From assembly GCA_002478545.1 (NCBI GenBank), contig DLOY01000084.1:54492-118491 (forward strand): a stretch of 64,000 bases of DNA. Reading direction: 5' to 3'. This stretch comes from Micrococcales bacterium UBA7472. Lineage in GTDB: Bacteria > Actinomycetota > Actinomycetes > Actinomycetales > Microbacteriaceae. Positions within the stretch are counted from its first letter, which is position 1, and each line of letters starts with the position of its first letter. Position numbers and translations under genes: made by a program. Shown piece after piece: positions 1 to 10,732 of this stretch. The notes beneath the pieces are model-generated. The model was given only the letters and a program-made list of their open reading frames with translations. It had not been told where the DNA came from and did not search any database.

Positions 1-661
1 AAACGATTAAATAGAGCGCGAATACCTTGCCCCACTGCAGTTTTAGCTTTGATGCCAGGTACAAAATTGCGGCAGCACCGACGAAATTCCAGATCATTTC
101 GTACAGGAAGGTTGGGTGGAAGGTTAGGCCATCTGGCAGTCCGTTGGGATAGGCAGGATTAGTGCTCGGGATCTCAAGCCCCCAGGGCAGCGTGGTTGGG
201 ATTCCGTATAGCTCCTGGTTGAAGTAATTTCCAAGTCGTCCAATCCCCTGGGCAACTAGCACCCATGGTGCAACTGCGTCGGCCACAGCGGTGAACCGGA
301 GGCCAACCTGACGAGCGCCCCACCAGGCTCCTACCGCTCCAACCGTGATGGCACCAAAGATCGCAAGGCCACCCTCCCAAATTCGGAAGATGGCGAGCAA
401 GTCTGCGCCCTCATAAAAGTAATCGCGCGGGTGTGTGACGACGTGGAAGAAGCGACCACCGATGATTCCCGCTGGGACTGCCCAAAGTGCTATGTCCAAA
501 AATACGCCACGCTCAGCACCGCGCTTTGTCAAGGTGCGATCCGCCATGAATGTGGCCAAAGCGATACCGGTCAAAATAAACAGCGCGTAGAAGTGAATTC
601 GCACTGGACCTAGGTCGATAAAGCTGATTTCTGGAGATGGGATGCTGAGCAGTAAATTCAC
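1..661 (-). CDS. lgt: Prolipoprotein diacylglyceryl transferase (runs off the left window edge; C-terminus missing)
   Basis: Manual translation from GTG at 661: MNLLLSIPSPEISFIDLGPVRIHFYA...; later IWEGGLAIFG, GRLGNYFNQELYG and FHPTFLYE Lgt motifs. Follows trpA as is usual in Actinobacteria. Missing from the ORF track because there is no stop in the window. Confidence 0.93.
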   Translation of the reverse strand, partial: MNLLLSIPSPEISFIDLGPVRIHFYALFILTGIALATFMADRTLTKRGAERGVFLDIALWAVPAGIIGGRFFHVVTHPRDYFYEGADLLAIFRIWEGGLAIFGAITVGAVGAWWGARQVGLRFTAVADAVAPWVLVAQGIGRLGNYFNQELYGIPTTLPWGLEIPSTNPAYPNGLPDGLTFHPTFLYEMIWNFVGAAAILYLASKLKLQWGKVFALYLIV

Positions 662-666
662 GTTGC

Positions 667-1446
667 CTATCCTAAGCCGAGAGCAAGTTCACGAGTCTTA
701 GCTGAGAGCGCTTCTAGGCCTCCGGTTTGGTAGGCCTTGACGAAGGCAGTGCCGACAATTGCACCGTCGGCATAGCTATTCACCTCTCGAACCTGATCAG
801 CTGTTGAGATTCCCACCCCAACACAGGTTGGTGTGTCAGAACTCCCCTTCACCCTTCCGGTCAACTCTCTGGCTAGTTTGTCGAGCTCGCTACGCTCACC
901 GGTGATTCCCATGGTTGAAACCGAATACACAAATCCTGAGGAGAGGTCTGAGTTGGTTTTTACTCTTGAATCTGAGCTGGAGGGAGCAACCAGGAAGACT
1001 TTGTCCAACCCCTGGCTTTCCGCAGCATCAATCCAGGACTTACCCTCATCTGGGATCAGGTCCGGAGTGATCATCCCCTGAGCTCCACTTGATTTAAGGT
1101 CTTGGGCAAAGCGGTCTACTCCATAACGCAGCACTGGGTTCCAGTAGCTCATGACCAAGATTGGAGTGTCAATTTCTTCGCGTACAGCCTTGATTACATC
1201 AAAAACCTGGTTGAGCCTAAAGCCGTTCTCGAGCGCCTTTTCGGTTGCCTGTTGAATGACTAAACCGTCCATCACGGGATCGGAGTATGGAACTCCAACC
1301 TCGAGAATGTCGCAGCCATTCTTGGCCATCTCAATTAGGGCCTTGGCGGAATCCTGAACCGTCGGAAAGCCTGCGGGGAAATAGCCGACCAGCGTTCCCC
1401 GGCCAGCCTCTTTATTGTTTCTGAGGATTTGCTCGACCTTGCTCAC
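667..1446 (-). CDS. trpA: Tryptophan synthase alpha chain
   Basis: [15 protein letters not shown] motif, [16 protein letters not shown] overlap with trpB. Confidence 0.97.
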   Translation of the reverse strand: MSKVEQILRNNKEAGRGTLVGYFPAGFPTVQDSAKALIEMAKNGCDILEVGVPYSDPVMDGLVIQQATEKALENGFRLNQVFDVIKAVREEIDTPILVMSYWNPVLRYGVDRFAQDLKSSGAQGMITPDLIPDEGKSWIDAAESQGLDKVFLVAPSSSDSRVKTNSDLSSGFVYSVSTMGITGERSELDKLARELTGRVKGSSDTPTCVGVGISTADQVREVNSYADGAIVGTAFVKAYQTGGLEALSAKTRELALGLG

Positions 1447-2648
1447 TTGTCCCCCAGCAATCCAAAGTAGCGACCCGCGGTCTCCATGTCCTTGTCCCCT
1501 CGACCGGAGAGGTTGATCAAAATCGATGACCCCTTTGGTAGTACCTCGCTCAGGTGCTTGACCCCAGCTAAGGCGTGAGCGGTTTCAATGGCTGGAATGA
1601 TTCCTTCGGTTTGGCTCAGTAGGCGCATGGCCTCCATCGCCTCTTTATCGGTGATTCCGTAATAGTTGGCGCGACCTAAGTCCTTCAGCCAGGAGTGCTC
1701 GGGACCAACTCCGGGGTAGTCAAGTCCTGCAGAAATTGAGTGAGATTCCATGGTTTGACCGTCCTCGTTCTGCAACATGTAGCTCTTAGCTCCATGCAGC
1801 ACACCTGGGACGCCCTTGGAGAGAGTGGCAGCGTGAAATGGGGTGTCAACTCCGTCACCAGCCGCTTCAAAGCCCCAGAGTGCAACGTCCTTGTCATCCA
1901 AGAAGGCATGGAATATGCCAATCGCGTTTGAACCGCCTCCAACGCAGGCAGCTACGGCGTCAGGTAGCTTGCCCAGGATCTCAAGCATCTGCTCGCGTGA
2001 TTCATTGCCAATTACCGAGTGGAAGTCGCGCACCATGGTTGGAAAAGGGTGTGGACCGGCTACGGTGCCAAGTAGGTAGTGGGTGCTATCTACGTTCGCC
2101 ACCCAGTCCCTCAGTGCCTCGTTGATGGCATCTTTCAGAGTCCTTGAGCCAGTGGTTACTGGCACCACCTGAGCTCCCAACAGCTTCATGCGGGCGACGT
2201 TCAAGGCCTGACGCTCGGTGTCAACCTCACCCATGTATACAACGCATTCCAGACCAAAAAATGCAGCTGCAGTAGCGCTCGCTACACCGTGCTGACCAGC
2301 CCCGGTCTCTGCGATGATGCGCTTTTTGCCCATGCGTTTTGCCAGCAGGGCTTGACCCATAACGTTATTGATTTTGTGGCTACCGGTGTGGTTGAGGTCC
2401 TCACGCTTCAGAAAAACTCTGAGGTCTCCAAAGTGGGCTGCAAATCGCTTTGCCTCAGTAATGATTGATGGCCGACCGGTATAGGTTCGGTGTAGCTCAG
2501 CCAGTTCGGCCTTGAAAGCTGGATCGTTTCTGGCTTGGTTGTAGGTGGCCTCAAGCTCGTCCAACGCGGCGATCAGGGGCTCTGGCACAAAACGGCCTCC
2601 GAACTCACCGAAGTAAGGCCCAACCTGCTCTGATAGCTTCACGTCCAT
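1443..2648 (-). CDS. trpB: Tryptophan synthase beta chain
   Basis: [16 protein letters not shown] (PLP Lys), [27 protein letters not shown]; start ATG 2648 (or GTG 2651). Confidence 0.98.
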   Translation of the reverse strand: MDVKLSEQVGPYFGEFGGRFVPEPLIAALDELEATYNQARNDPAFKAELAELHRTYTGRPSIITEAKRFAAHFGDLRVFLKREDLNHTGSHKINNVMGQALLAKRMGKKRIIAETGAGQHGVASATAAAFFGLECVVYMGEVDTERQALNVARMKLLGAQVVPVTTGSRTLKDAINEALRDWVANVDSTHYLLGTVAGPHPFPTMVRDFHSVIGNESREQMLEILGKLPDAVAACVGGGSNAIGIFHAFLDDKDVALWGFEAAGDGVDTPFHAATLSKGVPGVLHGAKSYMLQNEDGQTMESHSISAGLDYPGVGPEHSWLKDLGRANYYGITDKEAMEAMRLLSQTEGIIPAIETAHALAGVKHLSEVLPKGSSILINLSGRGDKDMETAGRYFGLLGDK

Positions 2649-2657
2649 CACAGAATC

Positions 2658-3428
2658 CTAAATTGAAATAAACGCTGGAATCTGCGTTTCCGGATTTCCG
2701 GTTACCAATGCTTCACCAACCAGCGCTACATCGGCACCCGCATTGCGGTAACGAACCACATCAGCAGTTGATTTCACCGAGGATTCAGCAACCTTTATTG
2801 CCTCCGGGTGTAGCGCGCTAGCCATTTTTTCAAATAGTCCAATATCGGTCTTGAAATCGATTAGGTTTCGGGTGTTGATACCCAAGAGCCTGGCTCCAAA
2901 CTCGTTGGCAGTAGCGATTTCGTCCAACGTGTGAGTCTCTGTCAACACTCCGAGACCGAGCTCATGCGAAAAATTACTCAAAGCTTGGTAGCGCTCGGGT
3001 GACAGCCAAGACAAAATCAGTAGCACAAAGTCCGCGCCTGCCGCTCTGGCCTCCAACACCTGATACTCAGTTGATATGAAGTCTTTTCGCAGCAGCGGGA
3101 TGCTAGCCGCCTTAGAAGCAGCCTCGAGATCATTCAACGAGCCTAGAAACCCGGTTTCTTCTGTCAATACCGAGACCGCGTGAGCTCCAGCGTTTTGATA
3201 GCGAAGCGCCTGCTCCCCAGCATCAGGAATCTCTGCCAAGTGACCGCGGGATGGCGACGCACGCTTAATCTCGGCAATTAACTTGATGTGCTTAGCTGGC
3301 GCTAGGGCAGCGTAAACATCTATAGGACTTGCTAGATTCTCGATTTTTCTCTCGAGATCTGAGGTTGAGATTGACTCTTGTCGGCGTTGAGAAGAGAGCA
3401 GCGCTTGATGAAAGAGCCCGTCAAGCAC
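2658..3428 (-). CDS. trpC: Indole-3-glycerol phosphate synthase
   Basis: IAEIKRASPSRG, SVLTE, LLRKDF, GINTRNL, LVGEAL; start re-set to GTG 3428, overlapping the upstream stop (TAGTG). Confidence 0.95.
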   Translation of the reverse strand: MLDGLFHQALLSSQRRQESISTSDLERKIENLASPIDVYAALAPAKHIKLIAEIKRASPSRGHLAEIPDAGEQALRYQNAGAHAVSVLTEETGFLGSLNDLEAASKAASIPLLRKDFISTEYQVLEARAAGADFVLLILSWLSPERYQALSNFSHELGLGVLTETHTLDEIATANEFGARLLGINTRNLIDFKTDIGLFEKMASALHPEAIKVAESSVKSTADVVRYRNAGADVALVGEALVTGNPETQIPAFISI

Positions 3429-3652
3429 TAGTGGCTCTTGGAGTGCTTTCCGCCAACTCCGTAACCCATCTTCTTCAAGATAAGACCGGATGCTGCACCT
3501 AGGCCAAGAAGAACTACGGAGGCCCAAACCATCGCAACATTCTCAAGGAAGAAGAACAGGGTTCCAATGCTGAAGGCAACCAAAATGATGGTGACGCTGG
3601 TCCAAGCTGCTACCGAATTGCCGTGACCTGGGTCCTCAGAACCGTGAGACAT
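3428..3652 (-). CDS. Small two-TM membrane protein, HGxxPAAW-like (here HGNSVAAW)
   Basis: PGHGNSVAAWT motif, two hydrophobic helices, GYG near the C-terminus; SD-like GAGG upstream; usual position between trpE and trpC. Confidence 0.8.
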   Translation of the reverse strand: MSHGSEDPGHGNSVAAWTSVTIILVAFSIGTLFFFLENVAMVWASVVLLGLGAASGLILKKMGYGVGGKHSKSH

Positions 3653-3686
3653 AAATCCTCTTTCCTAACTTGCAAAATCCTAGCAA

Positions 3687-4172
3687 TCAATCACCCTGCT
3701 CATCCCAGAGGGCGCGGTTGTCTTCTTCTACCTGACGCCTGATCACGTTGCGCGGGGCAGGTCTAAGCGCGCCAAACAGTAAAAGCAGGCCCGCGCCCAG
3801 CGCGGTAGCGGCAGCTATCAGGTTGGTAATCGATTGCTCAGTCAGAACATCAACATCTCCGGGCCCTGCACCTTGGATGCCCGAAATTGATTCGTAGATT
3901 GCGATTGCAGCCGCACTGCTATCAAAATCAGATGCCAGAGCAATTAGACCAAAAATGAACATTGAAACCGCGGCCAATGAATTTAGCACCGCGGCCAAGC
4001 GCTGATAGCTCGCGATGAAGATCAGCAGCAGCGCGATGGCAGGCAGAAGATTCAGTAGCTGGCTAATTTCGGTTCCAGTTAGTTGCTGGTCACCGATCGA
4101 CAACCACGCCGTGTTAGCCAGTATCCAACTGATTGCAATTAGAAGCAGCGAGATCGGCTTGACTCTAGTCAT
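3687..4172 (-). CDS. Trp biosynthesis-associated membrane protein (divergent)
   Basis: About 4 TM segments, C-terminal ...RALWDEQ typical of the family, directly downstream of trpE; ATG 4172 overlaps the trpE end. Confidence 0.72.
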   Translation of the reverse strand: MTRVKPISLLLIAISWILANTAWLSIGDQQLTGTEISQLLNLLPAIALLLIFIASYQRLAAVLNSLAAVSMFIFGLIALASDFDSSAAAIAIYESISGIQGAGPGDVDVLTEQSITNLIAAATALGAGLLLLFGALRPAPRNVIRRQVEEDNRALWDEQGD

Positions 4173-5643
4173 TTCCCATCGCATTCGCGGCCGCTACGGC
4201 TCTTAGAACGACGGCTGCCTTTGCCAGGGTTTCCTCGTATTCGCTCTGCGGCACTGAGTCCAAGACGATTCCCGCGCCAGCTTGCACTCGGGCAATGCCA
4301 TCGCGAACCAGAGCGGTTCGGATAGCGATGGCTAGATCCGCATTCCCGGTGAAGTCGAAATAGCCCACCACGCCCCCAAAAAGTCCGCGATCGGCGGGCT
4401 CTAAATCGTGAATGATTTCAAGTGCACGCGGTTTTGGGGCTCCGGAGAGCGTTCCAGCTGGGAAGGTTGCGCGCAAAGCAGCGACCGGTGACTTTCCCTC
4501 GGCCAATTCGCCTTCGACTGTGGATACCAGGTGCATGACGTGCGAGAAGCGGTGAATCTGCATGAACTCGCTAACCTGCAGCGTTTCTGGTTTACAAACC
4601 TTGAGCAGGTCATTTCTGGCCAGATCAACCAGCATCAAGTGCTCGCTTTGCTCCTTAGCATCAGCCAAGAGCTCTTCACCCAGGGCGTGGTCCTTTGCAG
4701 CGTCCTGGGATCTGGGGCGAGACCCGGCAATTGGGTGAGTGATCGCTCGGCCATCGGCAACCTTTACCAGTGCCTCTGGTGATGATCCGACAATTGCGAA
4801 GGATCCAGCCTGGTCCTCCCAGCGAGTGAGATACATATACGGACTCGGGTTAATGGCGCGCATCGCGCGGTAAACATCGAGCGCGTCCGCCTCTAGCTCC
4901 TGGTCAAATCGCTGTGAGATCACGACTTGGAAAACATCGCCCAGTCTGACGTGATGTTTAGCCCTGTCGATTTGGTCCAGAAACTCTTGGTGAGTTGTGC
5001 GCCTCGAAAACTTGGGTTCTGGCCAATGTGGTTCCGATACCTGTGCGAGTGTCGGTTCTTTGATCTGAGCAACTAGGTTCTCAATCTTGGAAACAGCCGA
5101 ACGGTACTGATCCTCTAAAGCGCTGTCAGAAACAAAAATTACGCTCACAACCAGAAGTTCAGAGGTTTTGTGGTCCATCACGATCAGTTCCGAGAACTGA
5201 TTGAAGCCAATTAGCGGCACCTGGTAGTCAGAAGCCTTCGGCTCGGGAAGCTGCTCCAAAAGGTTGACAGCGCGCCAAGAGACAAATCCCACGAGTCCAC
5301 TTGTCAGTGGAACATCGCCAGGTGCGGACTTCCAAGCGCTCTGAAGCTGCTCCAGGGCATCCAGTGGAGATGTTGATAGTTCGCCTATTGGCAGTGGGCT
5401 TGGTCCATGGAAGACAGCTTGATCACCCTCGGTAATAAGTTGACCGCGCGACTGAACTCCAATAAACGAATACCTACCCCAGACGCCTTGTTCGGCCGAC
5501 TCCAGCAGGAAGGTGTTGGGCCTTTCGCCACACAGCTTTTGGTATAGCCCAAGTGCTGTCTCACTGGAGGCGAATAGGCGCTTTGTGACTGGAATCACGT
5601 TATAGGAGCGCGAAAGCTCGAGAACCTCTTCAAAGCTAAGCAT
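4165..5643 (-). CDS. trpE: Anthranilate synthase component I
   Basis: FLLESAE, NPSPYM, PIAGSRPR, EHLMLVDLARND, FPAGTLSGAPK; start ATG 5643. Confidence 0.96.
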   Translation of the reverse strand: MLSFEEVLELSRSYNVIPVTKRLFASSETALGLYQKLCGERPNTFLLESAEQGVWGRYSFIGVQSRGQLITEGDQAVFHGPSPLPIGELSTSPLDALEQLQSAWKSAPGDVPLTSGLVGFVSWRAVNLLEQLPEPKASDYQVPLIGFNQFSELIVMDHKTSELLVVSVIFVSDSALEDQYRSAVSKIENLVAQIKEPTLAQVSEPHWPEPKFSRRTTHQEFLDQIDRAKHHVRLGDVFQVVISQRFDQELEADALDVYRAMRAINPSPYMYLTRWEDQAGSFAIVGSSPEALVKVADGRAITHPIAGSRPRSQDAAKDHALGEELLADAKEQSEHLMLVDLARNDLLKVCKPETLQVSEFMQIHRFSHVMHLVSTVEGELAEGKSPVAALRATFPAGTLSGAPKPRALEIIHDLEPADRGLFGGVVGYFDFTGNADLAIAIRTALVRDGIARVQAGAGIVLDSVPQSEYEETLAKAAVVLRAVAAANAMGND

Positions 5644-5962
5644 CTGGCTCCTCGAAACAGGTTTCGGTGCCATTGTGGCAGGCCGGTCCCACCGGGATTA
5701 CTTGGGCCAAGATTGCATCGCCGTCACAATCAAGTGAGAGCTCTTGTATCTCGAGAAAGTTCCCGCTGGTCTCCCCCTTGAGCCATCGAGAGTTCCTGGA
5801 TCGGGAGAAGAACACTAGTTTGCCCAGCGTGATTGACTCCGACAGGGTGCTTTGGTTTGTCCAGGCCAGCATCAAAACCTTCCCCGTGCTGGCATGCTGC
5901 ACAATGATTGGCGCAAGACCGGCAGCATCGAATCGAACCTCATCAACACTCAGTGACCTCAT
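5636..5962 (-). CDS. hisI: Phosphoribosyl-AMP cyclohydrolase
   Basis: [29 protein letters not shown]. Confidence 0.96.
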   Translation of the reverse strand: MRSLSVDEVRFDAAGLAPIIVQHASTGKVLMLAWTNQSTLSESITLGKLVFFSRSRNSRWLKGETSGNFLEIQELSLDCDGDAILAQVIPVGPACHNGTETCFEEPDA

Positions 5963-6714
5963 CGGACCTCGATTCCCGCAGTCTTGAGAGAGGACTTTAC
6001 CTCAGCAATTGATATTGATTGCTCATGAAAAACACTCGCCGCCAGTAGTGCATCCGCACCGGCCAAGGCTGCCTCGACGAAGTGTTCAACCTTGCCCGCT
6101 CCTCCCGAGGCGATGATTGGGACATTTGAAATCTCCCTAATCTTTTGAATCAGCTCGATGTCAAAACCATCTCGGGTACCATCAGCATCAATGCTGTTAA
6201 TTAGTAGCTCTCCCGCCCCTCGATCTTGGACCTCTCGGACCCAATCCATGGCATCCAGCTCAGTTAGCTCCCTACCACCATTTGAGGTGACACCAAAGCC
6301 AGATTTGGTGCCGGCTCTTTTGAGGTCGAGGGAAATTACCAGCACCTGAGCGCCGTGCTCGGAGGAAATTTCGTTGAGTAGCTGTGGTCTTCGAATCCCA
6401 GCCGACCCCACCGAAACCTTGTCCGCACCCGACTTCAAGAGATTTGAGACATCATCCACGGTTCTGATACCGCCACCCACAGTGAGTGGGATGAAGATCT
6501 GCTCAGCACACCTGGTGACCATTTCCAGCATGGTGCCGCGGTTCTCATTAGTCGCGGCCACATCCAAGAAGGTGATTTCGTCCGCTCCCTGTAGGTAGTA
6601 GTTTGAGGCCAATTCGACCGGATCACCGGAGTCGCGGAGGTTCTCAAAGCGCACACCTTTTACCACACGCCCTGCAGCAACATCCAGGCAAGGAATAACT
6701 CGAATCGCAGGCAC
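5959..6714 (-). CDS. hisF: Imidazole glycerol phosphate synthase cyclase subunit
   Basis: [44 protein letters not shown]. Confidence 0.97.
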   Translation of the reverse strand: MPAIRVIPCLDVAAGRVVKGVRFENLRDSGDPVELASNYYLQGADEITFLDVAATNENRGTMLEMVTRCAEQIFIPLTVGGGIRTVDDVSNLLKSGADKVSVGSAGIRRPQLLNEISSEHGAQVLVISLDLKRAGTKSGFGVTSNGGRELTELDAMDWVREVQDRGAGELLINSIDADGTRDGFDIELIQKIREISNVPIIASGGAGKVEHFVEAALAGADALLAASVFHEQSISIAEVKSSLKTAGIEVR

Positions 6715-7557
6715 TTAGATCCTTGCAGCGTGAATTGCGCTTACCAGAATCGCGCGAGCACCGAGTTCATAAAGTTGATCCATGACCTGGTTGGTCTGTG
6801 AGGATTTCACCAAAGCGCGGACCGCAACCCAGTCATCATCAGCCAATGGAGAGATGGTTGGCGACTCAATACCCGGGGTGATGGCAGTTGCTTTGGCAAC
6901 CAAATCCTTTGGGCAGTCGTAGTCAAAAATCACGTACTCGCGAGCCACAATTACACCTTGGATTCGTCGAAGTAGCTTTTCGGTTTCCCCCGACTTGCCT
7001 GGCGCCGCAATCAGTCTCGCGGTCGAGGAGAGAATCACAGGACCGAAAATGCTGAGTCCAGCTTTGCGCAGAGTATTTCCAGTCGAGACTACGTCGGCAA
7101 CGGCGTCTGCAACTCCGAGTCGAACCGCGGACTCTACAGCCCCATCAAGCTTCACGATCTGAGCGGTTACGCCCTCCGCGGCCAGGTAATTCTCGATCAG
7201 TTTTGGGTACGCAGTCGCTAGACGTTTCCCCTGCAAATCCTTTACCGACGCGAAGCCAGCATCAATCGGTGCGGCAAAACGGAAGGTCGACCCGCCAAAG
7301 CCTAGGTCGGCCACCTCTTCCGCCTTCGACTCAGAATCTCGCAGCAAATCAAGGCCGGTCAATCCCGCGTCCAGTGAGCCCTCACCCACGTAGGTGGCGA
7401 TGTCTCTGGGTCTTAGGTAAAAGAATTCGATCTGATTCTGGTCATCAACGATGTGGAGCTCTTGGGAATCCCGACGTGTTGCATATCCTGCTTCGCGCAG
7501 CATGGAAATAGCTGACTCGGAGAGAATCCCCTTGTTTGGAACTGCGACCCTCAGCAT
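6715..7557 (-). CDS. hisG: ATP phosphoribosyltransferase (long form)
   Basis: LRVAVPNKG, LRPRDI, DGAVE, DVVSTGNTL; C-terminal regulatory domain PGIESPTISPL. Confidence 0.96.
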   Translation of the reverse strand: MLRVAVPNKGILSESAISMLREAGYATRRDSQELHIVDDQNQIEFFYLRPRDIATYVGEGSLDAGLTGLDLLRDSESKAEEVADLGFGGSTFRFAAPIDAGFASVKDLQGKRLATAYPKLIENYLAAEGVTAQIVKLDGAVESAVRLGVADAVADVVSTGNTLRKAGLSIFGPVILSSTARLIAAPGKSGETEKLLRRIQGVIVAREYVIFDYDCPKDLVAKATAITPGIESPTISPLADDDWVAVRALVKSSQTNQVMDQLYELGARAILVSAIHAARI

Positions 7558-7820
7558 CAAAGCTTCTCCTCGACCATGCTCATTGGAACCCCGCGCGCAA
7601 TCAGAATCAGCTGCAGGTGATAGAGCAGTTGCGATACCTCAAGGGCCAACTGCTCATCAGATTCATGCTCGGCAGCCATCCAAACCTCGGCTGCCTCCTC
7701 AACGACCTTCTTGCCAATGGCATGGACACCCAGCTCTAGTAACTCTGATGTTCGTGAGCCAATTGGTCGCTCGGCGGCCTTAGATAAAAGCTCACCGTAT
7801 AGCTGTTCGAAGGATTTCAT
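7557..7820 (-). CDS. hisE: Phosphoribosyl-ATP pyrophosphatase
   Basis: [27 protein letters not shown]. Confidence 0.96.
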   Translation of the reverse strand: MKSFEQLYGELLSKAAERPIGSRTSELLELGVHAIGKKVVEEAAEVWMAAEHESDEQLALEVSQLLYHLQLILIARGVPMSMVEEKL

Positions 7821-7830
7821 GCACCTAAGG

Positions 7831-8490
7831 TTACCCGCGGACCGCTTGCTCAGCCAAAGTTCTGAGTAAGTCGATTTGACGGTTGCGATCTATTGACTTG
7901 AAAACGGAGGAGCCGGCAACGAATGTGTCTGCCCCAGCCTTCGCAAGAGTCTGAATATTCTCCTCGGTTACTCCCCCATCAACCTGAATCGCAATATCGA
8001 GCCCTAAAGACCGCGTTAGTGATCTAGCTTCGGCCACTTTTGCGATAGTGGATTCAATTAGCTTTTGACCGCCGAACCCAGGTTCAACTGTCATGATCAA
8101 GACCATGTCGACAGCCGAAACAATCTCATTTATCTCGGATACCGGGGTGTTGGGCTTCAACGCAACGGCCGCTCTTGAGCCGACCGACTTGATTCGCTTA
8201 GCAAGCTCAACCGGATTATTCGAGGCTTCGAGATGAAAAGTCACCGATGCCACCCCGAGCTCCGCATACCCTTGGCCGTACTGGTCAACATTGCTAATCA
8301 TGAGGTGAACATCCAGCTCACGCTTGGTTACTCGCTGCAGACTTTGGACCATTTGGGGACCAAAGGTCAAGTTTGGAACAAAGTGATTGTCCATCACATC
8401 GACATGAAAAGCATCCGCGTGCAAGATGCTGCCCAACTCTGACTCCAGGTTGACGAAGTCTGCACTCAGAATCGAGGGGTGTATGTGCAT
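7831..8490 (-). CDS. rpe: Ribulose-phosphate 3-epimerase
   Basis: [40 protein letters not shown]. Confidence 0.97.
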   Translation of the reverse strand: MHIHPSILSADFVNLESELGSILHADAFHVDVMDNHFVPNLTFGPQMVQSLQRVTKRELDVHLMISNVDQYGQGYAELGVASVTFHLEASNNPVELAKRIKSVGSRAAVALKPNTPVSEINEIVSAVDMVLIMTVEPGFGGQKLIESTIAKVAEARSLTRSLGLDIAIQVDGGVTEENIQTLAKAGADTFVAGSSVFKSIDRNRQIDLLRTLAEQAVRG

Positions 8491-8499
8491 GTTTAGAGC

Positions 8500-9816
8500 C
8501 TATTGCTTTCTCAAAATCGCCATGAACATCGCATCGGTGCCATGCTCGTGTGTCCAAAGCTGAACTGTCTTTCGGCCTGGGTTTAGTTTCAGCGAAGGTG
8601 AAACCCGAGAAAGGACTTCGTTCGCGTTTACCAGCGCAACATCCTTGTGGCGATCCAATGCTGCTTTGATCTGAGCATTGGTCTCTTGAACCAAGGGTGA
8701 GCAGGTGGAGTAAAGCAAGTAACCGCCCGGGCGCAACGAGCGCACTGCGGCATCCAGAAGCTCTGCCTGAGTCTTGACTAATCCAGGTAACTGCTCCGGC
8801 TTTTTGCGCCACCTAGACTCTGGCTTTCTACGTACCGACCCCAATCCAGAACATGGAGCATCCAGCAACACGGCGTCGTAGTGGTTGCTTTTGGCTTCTT
8901 GTCCGTATGCCACAATCACCTCGCCGGGTCCTGATGGGTCCAGGGCATCCCGAACTAGTTCAGCTCGTTGCGGATTTGGTTCAAGGCAATCTAAGGATCC
9001 GCCGTATTCTCTGATTCCCGCCTGCAAGACAGCTGATTTGCCACCTGGTCCGGAGCACATGTCCAACCAATTACCCGATCGATCTCCGACCTCAAGCAAA
9101 GTAAGTGCGACAAGTTGTGAACCCTGGTCTTGAACTCTAACTCCGGGAAAGCTAAGCAATGGTTCGGGGTTCCCCTTGGCAATGAACCCAATCGGAGAGG
9201 CTTCTCCGGCCTCTAACTCGAGTTTGTTGAGATACGTTTTGGCATCCTCACTCAACGCCGCAAGGTTCACCAGTGGGGTTTGGTTATTGGCGGTGAGCAG
9301 ATCTTCCAGCTCCTCACCGCGACCATCAAGCTCCAGGGCTGTTTTGAGCGCCGTTACAACCCAGGTTGGATGCGAATGCTTGATAGCCAAAAACCCATTG
9401 CCGCTCTTGCCGGCTAGGACCTTGCTCAGTAAAGCATCAAACCCTGCCCTATCGGCATTTCGCAGAACCGCATTGGCAAGACCTGAGGCGTTCTTCTCAA
9501 ATTTCTTCACGAGCTCGACGCTCTCGTGGATGGCGGCGTGGGACGGAACCCGCATTCGAAAAAGTTGGTGAAGGCCAAGCTGCAACACCAGCCTGAGTTT
9601 GCTACTGAGAACCTTCCCATGGGTGAAGGAGTCGATGAAGGCGTCGTATTGCGAACGCCAGCGAAGCGTGCCATAGCTAAGCTCTTGAATCAGCCCTCTA
9701 TCGGCATCGCTGAGGTCAACCTTTCCTAAAACCTTGGGCAGCAACAGGTTGATGTAGCTATCTGACTGTTCGACTCGCACCAATAGATCGAGTGCTATCT
9801 CACGCGGGTTAGTCAA
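8500..9816 (-). CDS. rsmB: 16S rRNA m5C967 methyltransferase RsmB/Sun (NusB-like N-terminus)
   Basis: VQDQGSQ, DMCSGPGGK, DAPCSG, YSTCS, HGTDAMF. Confidence 0.93.
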   Translation of the reverse strand: MTNPREIALDLLVRVEQSDSYINLLLPKVLGKVDLSDADRGLIQELSYGTLRWRSQYDAFIDSFTHGKVLSSKLRLVLQLGLHQLFRMRVPSHAAIHESVELVKKFEKNASGLANAVLRNADRAGFDALLSKVLAGKSGNGFLAIKHSHPTWVVTALKTALELDGRGEELEDLLTANNQTPLVNLAALSEDAKTYLNKLELEAGEASPIGFIAKGNPEPLLSFPGVRVQDQGSQLVALTLLEVGDRSGNWLDMCSGPGGKSAVLQAGIREYGGSLDCLEPNPQRAELVRDALDPSGPGEVIVAYGQEAKSNHYDAVLLDAPCSGLGSVRRKPESRWRKKPEQLPGLVKTQAELLDAAVRSLRPGGYLLYSTCSPLVQETNAQIKAALDRHKDVALVNANEVLSRVSPSLKLNPGRKTVQLWTHEHGTDAMFMAILRKQ

Positions 9817-10726
9817 GGATCACCTCTTTATTCAGCCCCCTGAACCAATCCCCCGCTGACATTTCCTTCTTTCCCGACGGTTGAACTGTGATGAGTTCAA
9901 CTCGGGTGCCACCACCACATTCGAGCAGGACGCGACCCGTGCTCATCGAAACTCGACCGGGCTGAGGGCTTAGTCCATCCAATTCGGCCCAGTTTGTAGA
10001 GCCCAGCGACTTTGCTCGCAATACTCGAAACGGTTCGTCAGCAAGCTGGGCCCAAGCTACTGGTTCTGGATTTAGGGCCATGACCTTGGCTGCGACTAAC
10101 TCCGCGCTTTGATTTAGGTCCAACCGAGAAAGCTCGCGGGTCAGTTTTGGAGCCAGACTTGCTTCGCCCTGCTGGGCTAAAGCCTGTGGTCTTTGCTCAA
10201 GGGCTTGAAGAATTAGATCAACTCCCTGTTCAGTGAACATCTCCAGATGCTCGCCGTAGGTCTTATCCGGGTCGATGGCCATCGCCGACTGAGCGACGAT
10301 TGGCCCAGTGTCCAGACCTTCTTCAAGCTCAAAGAGCGATATTCCCGCTCCGGCACCAAGGTTCATCATTGAATACTGCAGCGGCGCGGCTCCGCGCCAA
10401 GCCGGTAGCAGGCTGAAGTGCAGATTCCACCATGACATGTTCAGTAGCGCGGACTTTGGTATCAGTGCTCCAAAGGCAATCACAATCCCAAGATCCGCTT
10501 GGGTTTCGGCAATCTTGCCAACAATCCCAGCATCCAGCCGATTGCACTTAATGGTTTTCAAACCCAGTGCAGCCGCTGCCAGAGCGACTGGAGATGGGGT
10601 GATCACTCGCTTGCGTCCAACCGGGGCATCCTCACGGGTAATCACTAGTGCAACCTCATGCAAAGCGCTCAATTTCCGCAACGCAACAGCAGCGATTTCT
10701 GGGGTACCGGCAAAGATCAGTTTCAT
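9809..10726 (-). CDS. fmt: Methionyl-tRNA formyltransferase
   Basis: FAGTPE, NLHFSLLPAWRGAAP, LDTGP. Confidence 0.96.
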   Translation of the reverse strand: MKLIFAGTPEIAAVALRKLSALHEVALVITREDAPVGRKRVITPSPVALAAAALGLKTIKCNRLDAGIVGKIAETQADLGIVIAFGALIPKSALLNMSWWNLHFSLLPAWRGAAPLQYSMMNLGAGAGISLFELEEGLDTGPIVAQSAMAIDPDKTYGEHLEMFTEQGVDLILQALEQRPQALAQQGEASLAPKLTRELSRLDLNQSAELVAAKVMALNPEPVAWAQLADEPFRVLRAKSLGSTNWAELDGLSPQPGRVSMSTGRVLLECGGGTRVELITVQPSGKKEMSAGDWFRGLNKEVILD

Positions 10727-10732
10727 GGCTTC

